32,000 nucleotides of DNA, from positions 990,001-1,022,000 of the forward strand of contig OY776328.1 of NCBI GenBank assembly GCA_963675515.1, written 5' to 3'. Made by a program: the position numbers and the translations under genes. Below the pieces are notes generated by a model, which was not told the DNA's origin, ran no database searches, and saw only the letters and a list, made by a program, of their open reading frames with translations. Positions 8,150 to 16,077 of this stretch are shown here, piece after piece. The DNA comes from Coprobacillaceae bacterium. Lineage in GTDB: Bacteria > Bacillota_I > Bacilli_A > Erysipelotrichales > Coprobacillaceae. Within the stretch, counting starts at the first letter, position 1. Each line of letters begins with the position of its first letter.

Positions 8150-8995
8150 TTACATCATATTGAGCATCATTTCGGTCCGCTGGTAATCCTGGGACGGGGT
8201 CGTGTTGTGCTCGACCATGTCGAATGTTGCCAGATAGTCCATTTCTGCCTCGGTCAACTCGAAACCGAAAAGATCCAGATTGTCTTCCATCCATTGTCTT
8301 TCCATCGGGCGGGTGATGACCGAAATGCCACTTTGCATCAGATATTTCATGGCAATCTGGCGGGGTGATTTCACGTATTTCTTGGCGATCTGTCCTACCT
8401 TGATGTCTTCATATACGTCTAGTGTCTCTTCCTTGCCAAAAACCTGATAGCCTTGCATGACTATATGGTTATCCTTCATCATATCATGAAGCTCGTTTCT
8501 CTGGCATCGCATAGTGGCCTTCACCTGATTGACAGCGGGGATGACCTTGTTGAAATGGATAAGATCGATCAGCTGGCTGGCCTGGTAGTTGGAAACCCCG
8601 ATTGCCCGGATCAGACCTTCCTCATGCATCTTTTCAAGCTCCCGCCACGCATGATAGGTGTTTCCATAAGGCCAGTGGATAAGAACGAGATCCAGATAAT
8701 CGGTCCGCAGCTTTTTCATCGATTCTTCAATTGATCTTCGGCAGGCGTCTCCTTCAAATTCGCTGATCCAGACCTTGGTGGTCAAGAAGATATCCTCTCT
8801 TGATATGCCGGCCTTTTCAAGCGCCGCTCCGACGATTTGCTCATTATGATAGATCTGGGCGCAGTCAAACAGCCGGTACCCGACCTCATAGGCCTCTTTG
8901 AGGACCTTTGTGCATTCCTCGACGTCCATGATATTCATTGTTCCAAAACCTGCAAGTGGCATTTTCAATCCGTTATTTAGTGTTGTGTATTCCAT
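8150..8995 (-). CDS. Aldo/keto reductase
   Basis: 281-aa ORF starting MEYTTLNNGLKMPLAGFGT. Motifs FDCAQIYHNE, LTTKVW, LDLVLIHWP and IGVSNY are present. An AGGAG RBS lies upstream on the minus strand (9001-9007). Confidence 0.9.
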   Translation of the reverse strand: MEYTTLNNGLKMPLAGFGTMNIMDVEECTKVLKEAYEVGYRLFDCAQIYHNEQIVGAALEKAGISREDIFLTTKVWISEFEGDACRRSIEESMKKLRTDYLDLVLIHWPYGNTYHAWRELEKMHEEGLIRAIGVSNYQASQLIDLIHFNKVIPAVNQVKATMRCQRNELHDMMKDNHIVMQGYQVFGKEETLDVYEDIKVGQIAKKYVKSPRQIAMKYLMQSGISVITRPMERQWMEDNLDLFGFELTEAEMDYLATFDMVEHNTTPSQDYQRTEMMLNMM

Positions 8996-9032
8996 AAGTT
9001 CTCCTTTTTCCGTTGATGTTTAATCTGAACAC

Positions 9033-9063
9033 ATCATAAAGTATTAGAGTTACTCTAAGTCAA
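9033..9063 (-). promoter_or_regulatory. MerR-type promoter (site D): TTGACT, 19-bp spacer, TATGAT, with a perfect operator palindrome
   Basis: Read on the minus strand: TTGACT (9063-9058), the 19-nt spacer TAGAGTAACTCTAATACTT, and TATGAT (9038-9033). A perfect palindrome TTAGAGT-A-ACTCTAA occupies 9044-9058, resembling the AdhR/NmlR class of MerR operators as I remember them. It lies about 30 nt upstream of the RBS and ATG at 8995. Confidence 0.6.
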
Positions 9064-9373
9064 TAGGGAAAATAGGAACATGATTATTTTTTTCTTATCG
9101 ACAATAATTCCGTGTCTTCCATTAGCAATATTATTGAACCTTTTGGATATGCTTAAATGGAGATCAACACTTTGAATGCATCTGGCAATACACTATGAGT
9201 ACTCGATGGAAACAGAACGGTTTCAAACCTATCCATATAATCTCGTTATCTTAGGTAAGAACCGATTGTCATTATTGTATCTAAAATCGATTTCTTTTCA
9301 AAACAGCATATAAGTGATACAATATGAGTGTTAAGTTATTTTTGAGTGTTTTTAGTTGGAGGGGAAGGTTAAA

Positions 9374-9916
9374 ATGAAAAAATTAGTTACCATAATATTG
9401 GCTGTCCTTATATTGACAGGATGCACAGGTGGTCAACCATCATCAAATTTGATAGAGGCAAACATCGAAACGGTTTTGACTAAGTTATTTACTTTGCCGG
9501 ACGATGATGCAAGACAGATTGCCTTGGACCAGGGGCTGGAAACATATGAACAGCTGATCCAAAGTGAGCAGTTGAACAATGAATATCTCCAGGTCCAACT
9601 GCCTGGTATGCTTGATTCTCTTGAAGAGCTCTGTGATGAGGACGGATTGGAAAGTGCCCGGAACATCCATTTTCTAAATGAACTGTATTACTGCTGCTTA
9701 CTTTCCGGGGCGGCATACCCGGAATCGATTGAGATCACCCGGGAAAACGATACATGGTACAAATTCACGATCAATGAATCCGCTTCATGGAGCGGTGAAG
9801 GTTTCGAGATTAACGGTGAGATTACCCTGAAAGACGGTAAGATTGCCAATATCCATGTCAATGATGGAGATATGAAGAACTTCTTTGATGATGGGAACAT
9901 CAGGATTGCCGGATAA
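9374..9916 (+). CDS. Hypothetical lipoprotein
   Basis: Start is at ATG 9374 (GGAGG at 9358-9362). The signal peptide MKKLVTIILAVLILTGC carries the lipobox L-T-G-C. I recognise no family for the mature part. Product is 180 aa. Confidence 0.7.
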   Translation: MKKLVTIILAVLILTGCTGGQPSSNLIEANIETVLTKLFTLPDDDARQIALDQGLETYEQLIQSEQLNNEYLQVQLPGMLDSLEELCDEDGLESARNIHFLNELYYCCLLSGAAYPESIEITRENDTWYKFTINESASWSGEGFEINGEITLKDGKIANIHVNDGDMKNFFDDGNIRIAG

Positions 9917-9962
9917 AGAAAAGAATGGTAATCTGCGGGTTGGTCTCACAAATCTATATCCC

Positions 9963-9985
9963 AAAAGGCCTCTAGGCCTTTTTTT
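9963..9985 (+). terminator. Rho-independent terminator
   Basis: AAAAGGCC-tcta-GGCCTTTT hairpin followed by a T-run, about 45 nt after the lipoprotein stop. Confidence 0.8.
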
Positions 9986-10188
9986 GTTCAAGAAGAATCA
10001 GTAAAAGGTGAATCATTCAATGAAATTGGATTTTTCCAATAGTCTCACAGCGTGGCGAAGTGTCATTGTTTGATATATTTCATAACTCTTAGTAATACCT
10101 GGTCCCTCTTTTGGAATATTATTTTCAGAATCGGCCAAATTTGATTATTTGAGTTATATTTGTGATAACATCATTTCGAGGTGAGAAA

Positions 10189-11048
10189 ATGATCAAGATG
10201 ATTGTCAGTGACATGGATGGAACCTTGCTTTCAAAAGGCGAAACCATAACAGAAAAAAACATATTCGCGATAAAAAAAGAAATGGAAAACGGTTGTAAGC
10301 TGGTCATTGCCAGCGGGAGAAACTATGGTGGTGTCAAGCCGATAATGGATCGTTATGATCTAAAAACAAGTATGATCCTAGGTAATGGCGCCCAATATAT
10401 TGATGAATCCGGGGAACTTAGAATCACAAATTACTATCCCAAGGATGCTTTGAAAGAAGTTATATCCATTTTCGAAAGACTCGATATATATTTCATGATT
10501 TTTGCCAGCAACGATACTTTTTACAGTGTCCAGGAGCCATGGACATCCAGACCGCCTTTTTGCATCGGTGCGCCAATCGGTTTGGCGGTATGACTTATGA
10601 AGAACTGTTGGCTGATCCAGCCAAATGTTATCCTTCCAAACATCTAAAAAAGATATCCGTGGAAGAGTTGGTCGCAAGTGACATCGACATCATAAAATTG
10701 GAAGCATTTGATACCGATACTTCCAAAATAGAGAAAGCCAAAATTGAATTGCGGGATGTCATGGAGATTGCCTATTTGTCTTCATTTGATGACAATGTCG
10801 AAGTTACGGCCAATATAGCGCAAAAGGGTTATATCTTGAAACAAGTCATTGAAATATTCAATATCGAAAAAGAAGAAGTGATAGTTTTGGGCGATGGCAT
10901 GAACGACATCACGTTGTTTGAGGAATTTCCATACAGTTTTGCTCCCGACAATGCCGAAGAAGAAATCAAAAAATTGGCATATATGGTGGTAAGCGACTGC
11001 AATAACGATGCAATTGCTCATGCTTTGGAAATTGCCAAAAAATTATAA
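10189..11048 (+). pseudogene. Cof-type HAD-IIB phosphatase, split by a frameshift near 10535-10540 (or an assembly error)
   Basis: ORF 10162-10593 carries the HAD motif I (VSDMDGTLL) and ORF 10539-11048 carries motif IV (LGDGMNDITLF). The two overlap in different frames and together equal one normal Cof-like protein of about 285 aa. The likely true start is ATG 10189 after GAGGTGA. Confidence 0.75.
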
Positions 11049-11060
11049 GGGAGCGGTAAA

Positions 11061-12440
11061 ATGGCTGAACCGGTAAAGAAATCTTTTTTCAACAGTAATG
11101 TGGATTTGTTGAATGGATCAATATTCAAAGCATTGATTGTTTTTATGATCCCTCTGTTCATTTCGAATATCTTCCAACAATTGTATAACACTGTTGATAC
11201 AATGATTGTCGGCAATTATCTGGGAGATGTGTCATTGGCGGCTATTGGCTCTTGTACTTCAATCTACGACTTATTGGTAGGATTTGGACTTGGGATTGGC
11301 AATGGCCTGGCTATTGTTACTGCAAGGAGTTTTGGTTCCAAAGACGAAAAACTGTTGAAAAAATCAGTTGCCAGCTCCATTGTAATTGGGATTGTGGCAT
11401 CGTTGATCATTACAATACTGGGTAGCCTGATTCTAAGACCGTTATTGGAGCTGTTGAATACCCCGCTTGAAATCATCAATGAAGCCTATAGCTATATCAG
11501 TGCAATCACATTGTTCATAATTGTGATGTTCGCATATAATCTTTGTGCCGGTTTGCTCAGGGCAATCGGCAATAGTATGGTCCCATTGATGTTTTTGATA
11601 TTGTCATCATGCTTGAATGTCGTTCTGGATATATTATTCATCACCAAATTCTCTATGGGAGTTCAGGGTGCGGCAGTAGCCACAGTTATTTCCCAAGGGG
11701 TATCCGTTGTTCTATGTGTTTTCTATATTTTAAAGAAAACACAAATCCTGATACCTGAAAAGGAACATTTCGAATACGACAATGAATTGTATAAGGAAAT
11801 GGTTGGTCAGGGATTATCAATGGGATTCATGAGTTCAATCGTGTCTGCGGGTTCGGTCATTCTCCAATCAGGAATCAATGGAATGGGGTATCTGACAATC
11901 GCTGGACACACGGCCGCTAGAAGGATTTTCATGTTCTTCAATATGCCGTTTTCATCCTTGGGACTGGCGATGAGTACTTTTGTGTCTCAAAACAAAGGAG
12001 CTGGCCAATATTCAAGAATCAGACACGCTATCAAGATCTGTTACATGTACAACGTCGTCATGACCACGATATGTTGTCTTATCTTATGGCTATTTTCCAA
12101 AGAACTCGTAGCGGCTGTATCGGGTTCAAGTGAAAGTGTTGTCTTAGCCAATGGTTCGCTTTATCTGATGGTTGTTGCCCCGTTCTATGGTATCTTAGGT
12201 GTCCTGATCCAGACAAGATTTTCACTTCAAGGCCTGGGTAAAAAGATGTTGCCGCTGGTATCAAGCATCATTGAGTTTGTCGGAAAGATAATTTTCGTAG
12301 CAATATTCATCCCACGATTTGGCTATCTGGCTGTTATATTCTGTGAACCGGTGATCTGGTGCGTGATGACAATCCAACTGGTTTATTCGTTTTACAACAA
12401 CTCTTATATCAGGAATGCCAATAATAAAGAATTTATCTGA
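11061..12440 (+). CDS. MATE family efflux transporter
   Basis: 459 aa with about 12 predicted TM segments. The N-terminal region LLNGSIFKALIVFMIPLFISNIFQQLYNTVDTMIVGNYLG is the canonical MATE signature region. The RBS is AAGGGAG. Confidence 0.9.
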   Translation: MAEPVKKSFFNSNVDLLNGSIFKALIVFMIPLFISNIFQQLYNTVDTMIVGNYLGDVSLAAIGSCTSIYDLLVGFGLGIGNGLAIVTARSFGSKDEKLLKKSVASSIVIGIVASLIITILGSLILRPLLELLNTPLEIINEAYSYISAITLFIIVMFAYNLCAGLLRAIGNSMVPLMFLILSSCLNVVLDILFITKFSMGVQGAAVATVISQGVSVVLCVFYILKKTQILIPEKEHFEYDNELYKEMVGQGLSMGFMSSIVSAGSVILQSGINGMGYLTIAGHTAARRIFMFFNMPFSSLGLAMSTFVSQNKGAGQYSRIRHAIKICYMYNVVMTTICCLILWLFSKELVAAVSGSSESVVLANGSLYLMVVAPFYGILGVLIQTRFSLQGLGKKMLPLVSSIIEFVGKIIFVAIFIPRFGYLAVIFCEPVIWCVMTIQLVYSFYNNSYIRNANNKEFI

Positions 12441-12580
12441 TGAACTTGTTGGCAATGGCATGCGACTGGTGTCAGCTTTTTAAATAGAGCAGGGGCTTGA
12501 TTACCATCAGTTGCCGGTAGCGGTTGCCTTGTGTTTATACCCTCAGGTTTTCCTGTAACAATCATATCATCGATTAAACA

Positions 12581-12636
12581 AAAAAGTAGAAACACAGTCA
12601 AGACGATTTGTCTTTATCGTGTTTCTACTTTTTTTT
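12581..12636 (+). terminator. Rho-independent terminator of the MATE gene (long stem with a nested hairpin)
   Basis: AAAAAGTAGAAACAC (12581-12595) pairs with GTGTTTCTACTTTTT (12619-12633). An inner hairpin AAGAC-gattt-GTCTT is present, and a T8 tail follows. Confidence 0.85.
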
Positions 12637-12848
12637 GATAGTCGAGAACACTCGCGACTTTAGTCGTGGAGATGAATCGACATTTTGGGGATTTTTTTAA
12701 CTGTGTTTGATGGTTGCTTTTGTTTTAAATCATATACTTTGAAACAATAATGAAATTGTACTTTTTGTCATACACATGTTAAAATGTATACGAGATAATG
12801 TGGACGGGGTTATTTAATAAGTCAAAAAAAAGAAATAAGGTGATGATG

Positions 12849-13988
12849 ATGTTGCACCATAAGGCATACAAGTTCAGGATCTACCCTAATAGTGAACAGG
12901 AAATATTGATCTGTAAAACGATCGGGTGTGCCCGGTTTGTCTATAATCATTTCCTGAATCTGTGGAATGAGGAGTATGACAGTACCGGTAAAGGTTTGAA
13001 TTACAATTCCTGCTCCGCCATGCTTCCGCAAATGAAGCGGGATGATAATACTATCTGGCTCAAGGACGTAGACAGCATTGCCCTCCAATCGTCATTGAAG
13101 AATCTCTCCGATTCATTCGCAAGGTTCTTCATGAAGCAAAACAGCCACCCAAGATACAAAAGCAAGAAGAATCCGGTTCAAAGCTACACGACCAAAAACG
13201 TGAACAACAGTATTGCCGTAATTGGCAAATCGATCAAGCTGCCCAAGCTAGGTCTGGTGAGATTCGCCAAGAGCCGGGAGATCAAAGGAAGGATCATTAA
13301 GGCGACTATTCGGAAAAATCCCAGTGGCAAATACTTTGTTGCCGTTGTCGTTGAAGAAAAGATTGAGCAATTGCCCAAAACAAATTCGACAATAGGTATT
13401 GACCTTGGTATCTGTGACTTCGCGACATTTTCAAATGGCAGAAAAGTCGCCAATCATAAGTTTACCAACCAAATGGAGAAGAAACTTATCCGTGAACAGA
13501 AAAAGCTGTCAAGAAGGGCGCTCCTTGCCAAAAGCAAAGGAATCAATCTTCTTGAAGCAAAGAACTACCAGAAACAAAGACGCATAGTGGCATTGCTTCA
13601 TGAAAAGGTAATGAACCAACGCAATGACTTTTTGAACAAGTTGACAACCCAGATCATCAAAAACCACGATGTCATCTGTGTCGAAGACTTGAACACAAAA
13701 GGAATGTTGCGTAATCATAGACTGGCTAAAAGCATATCCGATGTTTCCTGGTCGGCCTTTGTGGATAAGCTAATCTACAAGGCTGAATGGTATGGCAAAG
13801 AAATCATCAAGGTGGACCGCTGGTATGAGTCTAGTCAAAGATGCCACAAATGTGGCCACAAGGATGGCAAGAAGCCACTCCACATCAGGGAATGGACTTG
13901 TCCTATTTGCGGCAGCACCAATGACAGGGATATCAATGCGAGCAAGAACATACTGAAAGAAGGACTGCGCATAATAGCACAGTCCTAG
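12849..13988 (+). CDS. tnpB: RNA-guided DNA endonuclease TnpB (OrfB_IS605/IS1341 type)
   Basis: N-terminus KAYKFRIYPN. RuvC-I is IGIDLG, RuvC-II is VICVEDL, the zinc ribbon is CHKCGH...CPICGS, and RuvC-III is NDRDINASKNI; all catalytic residues are intact. I prefer the start at ATG 12849 (AAGGTGA RBS at 12837-12843); 12843, 12846 and 12798 are alternatives. Confidence 0.9.
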   Translation: MLHHKAYKFRIYPNSEQEILICKTIGCARFVYNHFLNLWNEEYDSTGKGLNYNSCSAMLPQMKRDDNTIWLKDVDSIALQSSLKNLSDSFARFFMKQNSHPRYKSKKNPVQSYTTKNVNNSIAVIGKSIKLPKLGLVRFAKSREIKGRIIKATIRKNPSGKYFVAVVVEEKIEQLPKTNSTIGIDLGICDFATFSNGRKVANHKFTNQMEKKLIREQKKLSRRALLAKSKGINLLEAKNYQKQRRIVALLHEKVMNQRNDFLNKLTTQIIKNHDVICVEDLNTKGMLRNHRLAKSISDVSWSAFVDKLIYKAEWYGKEIIKVDRWYESSQRCHKCGHKDGKKPLHIREWTCPICGSTNDRDINASKNILKEGLRIIAQS

Positions 13989-14120
13989 ACAATTACTAAA
14001 CCGTAGGAACTACGGGGATAGCTTGGTAAACAAGAGAAACCGCTGAGTATGGTGGATGCACCATACTCAAGTAAGCTCTGTTCCCAAGAATCCCGTGACT
14101 TCAGTCATGGGAGGTTCAAC
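13989..14120 (+). ncRNA. Putative omega RNA (reRNA) 3' scaffold of the TnpB element; the 5' end probably lies inside the tnpB 3' coding region
   Basis: A dense run of hairpins sits between the tnpB stop and the RE: CCGTAG-gaa-CTACGG (14001-14015), CTTG-gtaaa-CAAG (14022-14034), a perfect 10-bp stem GAGTATGGTG-gatg-CACCATACTC (14045-14068), and the RE hairpin (14092-14111). The position and orientation match where TnpB guide RNAs are encoded. Confidence 0.55.
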
Positions 14121-14150
14121 TTCCAAGTTCCTAGGAACTTTAAATTATGA

Positions 14151-15149
14151 TTAGTTGTGAGCTTCTTGGATAGCAACGGCAACAGCTACAGTAGCTCCTA
14201 CCATTGGGTTGTTACCCATACCGATCAATCCCATCATTTCAACGTGGGCAGGTACTGATGAAGAACCAGCGAATTGAGCATCACTGTGCATTCTTCCCAT
14301 AGTATCTGTCATACCGTATGAAGCAGGACCAGCGGCCATGTTGTCAGGGTGTAATGTACGTCCAGTACCACCACCTGATGCTACAGAGAAGTATTTTTTA
14401 CCTTGTTCCAAACATTCTTTTTTGTATGTTCCAGCAACTGGATGTTGGAAACGAGTTGGGTTTGTTGAGTTCCCAGTGATTGAGATATCAACACCCTCAC
14501 GGTGCATGATAGCTACACCTTCTTGAACGTCGTCAGCACCGTAGCAGTTTACTTTAGCGCGAGGTCCGTCTGAATATGATTTACGGAAAACTTCATTCAA
14601 TTCTCCAGTAGCATAGTCATATTGAGTTTCAACGTGAGTGAATCCGTTGATACGTGAGATGATTTTAGCTGCGTCTTTTCCAAGACCATCTAAGATTACA
14701 CGTAAAGGTTCTTTACGAACGCGGTTAGCCGCTTCGGCGATTTTGATAGCTCCTTCAGCTGCAGCGAAAGATTCGTGTCCAGCCAAGAAAGCGAAACATT
14801 TAGTTTCTTCCAATAATAACATTGATCCTAAGTTACCATGTCCCAAACCTACTTTACGTTGGTCAGCAACTGAACCTGGGATACAGAAAGCTTGTAAACC
14901 AACACCGATCATTTTAGCTGCTTCTACTGCAGTAGTTGATCCAGTTTTGATTGCGATTGCAGCACCAGTAATGTATGCCCAACAAGCGTTTTCGAAACAG
15001 ATTTGTTGTGTTGATTTTACGATATCGTAAACATTGACACCTTTAGCGTCACAGATAGCTTTGGCTTCATCCAAATCTTTGATTCCGTATTGAGCTAAAG
15101 TTTCGTTGATTTTATTAATTCTGCGGTCATAACTTTCAAATAATGGCAT
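14151..15149 (-). CDS. GGGtGRT-motif protein (uncharacterised conserved family)
   Basis: It contains the family-defining motif in SVASGGGTGRTLHPDN. Start is at ATG 15149 (MPLFESYDRR), 13 nt after the upstream stop, with AGGAGG between them. Product is 332 aa. Codon use is strongly biased (Ala mostly GCT, Gly GGT). Confidence 0.85.
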   Translation of the reverse strand: MPLFESYDRRINKINETLAQYGIKDLDEAKAICDAKGVNVYDIVKSTQQICFENACWAYITGAAIAIKTGSTTAVEAAKMIGVGLQAFCIPGSVADQRKVGLGHGNLGSMLLLEETKCFAFLAGHESFAAAEGAIKIAEAANRVRKEPLRVILDGLGKDAAKIISRINGFTHVETQYDYATGELNEVFRKSYSDGPRAKVNCYGADDVQEGVAIMHREGVDISITGNSTNPTRFQHPVAGTYKKECLEQGKKYFSVASGGGTGRTLHPDNMAAGPASYGMTDTMGRMHSDAQFAGSSSVPAHVEMMGLIGMGNNPMVGATVAVAVAIQEAHN

Positions 15150-15162
15150 TATCTTCTCCTCC

Positions 15163-15855
15163 TTATTCGCATCTTGGATCGATGTATTTAGCAGCATCTG
15201 CGAATCTACCGTAAGTTTTAGTAGCTTCTTTCATTGCTTCGTTAGCATCCATCCCTTTTTTGATTTTATCCATCATGATACCAAGAGAGATAAACTCATA
15301 TCCACAAGTTTCACCGTCTGCGTCTAAACCTAAACGAGTGATGTAACCTTCAGCCAATTCTAAGTAACGAGGACCTTTATCTTTAGTAGCGTAAGTTGTC
15401 CCAACTTGAGATCTTAAACCTTTACCTAAGTCTTCCAAACCGGCACCGATAGGCAATCCACCTTCAGAGAATGCAGTTTGGCTGCGTCCGTAAACGATTT
15501 GTAAGAATAATTCTCTCATTGCTGTATTGATCGCATCGCATACCAAGTCAGTATTTAACGCTTCCAAGACAGTTCTGCCAACGATAGCTTCTGAAGCCAT
15601 AGCCGCTGAGTGAGTCATCCCTGAACATCCGATAGTTTCAATTAATGCTTCTTCAATGATACCTTCTTTAACGTTTAACGTTAATTTACAAGCACCTTGT
15701 TGAGGAGCACACCAACCAACCCCATGAGTTAATCCTGAAATATCAGTGATTTGTTTTGAGTATACCCATTTTCCTTCTTCTGGAATTGGAGCGCAACCAT
15801 GCGATGCACCAATTTTGACACATTGCATTTGTTCTACTTCGTGTGTGTAATTCAT
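15163..15855 (-). CDS. NifU/IscU-like Cys-rich protein, the usual partner of GGGtGRT proteins
   Basis: It is about 230 aa with conserved-looking Cys residues (CVKIGASHGC, GWCAPQQGAC, IGCSGMTHS). It is translationally coupled to the downstream GGGtGRT gene. I prefer the start at ATG 15855 (MNYTHEV) because AAAGGAG lies about 10 nt upstream; 15876 is the alternative. The family assignment is from memory of how such neighbours are annotated. Confidence 0.65.
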   Translation of the reverse strand: MNYTHEVEQMQCVKIGASHGCAPIPEEGKWVYSKQITDISGLTHGVGWCAPQQGACKLTLNVKEGIIEEALIETIGCSGMTHSAAMASEAIVGRTVLEALNTDLVCDAINTAMRELFLQIVYGRSQTAFSEGGLPIGAGLEDLGKGLRSQVGTTYATKDKGPRYLELAEGYITRLGLDADGETCGYEFISLGIMMDKIKKGMDANEAMKEATKTYGRFADAAKYIDPRCE

Positions 15856-15926
15856 CTTTTGAAATACTCCTTTCATATTCTTAATGATTGCAACTTTTCT
15901 GTAGCGCCATAGCGACCACTTGCTAG

Positions 15927-15955
15927 ATTATAATAAAAAAGGGCTTATTAGTCAA
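15927..15955 (-). promoter_or_regulatory. Consensus sigma-A promoter for the NifU-like/GGGtGRT operon
   Basis: Read on the minus strand: TTGACT (15955-15950), an exactly 17-nt spacer, and TATAAT (15932-15927). It lies about 65 nt upstream of the 15855 ATG. Confidence 0.75.
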
Positions 15956-16077
15956 TGTTGCATTTCAAATATTATTCATTTTATCTTGCTTATTGCTTGA
16001 CAAATGTTCAAATGTAAATTTATCGATATTCAAACTTGCTTTTATATATGATATAATCGAACAAAAGAGGGAACGCT

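Larger units (their letters stand above)
12640..14120 (+). mobile_element. IS200/IS605-family element, TnpB-only (IS1341-like, no tnpA); boundaries approximate
   Basis: Similar subterminal hairpins occur at both ends: LE CGCGAC-ttta-GTCGTG (12653-12668) followed by GAGATGAATCGAC, and RE CCCGTGAC-ttca-GTCATGGG (14092-14111) followed by AGGTTCAAC. Both share the GACTT(T/C)AGTC(G/A)TGG core and the same G-T wobble position. TTGAT (12635-12639) lies immediately 5' of the LE. A tnpB ORF lies inside, and no Y1 transposase ORF is present. Confidence 0.75.

Noticed and set aside
9080-9175. A 31-aa hydrophobic ORF (MIIFFLSTIIPCLPLAILLNLLDMLKWRSTL) in the AKR-lipoprotein spacer.
   Set aside because: The only purine-rich stretch is 2 nt from the ATG. 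The region is AT-rich, where such ORFs arise by chance, and the ORF overlaps the divergent promoter region.
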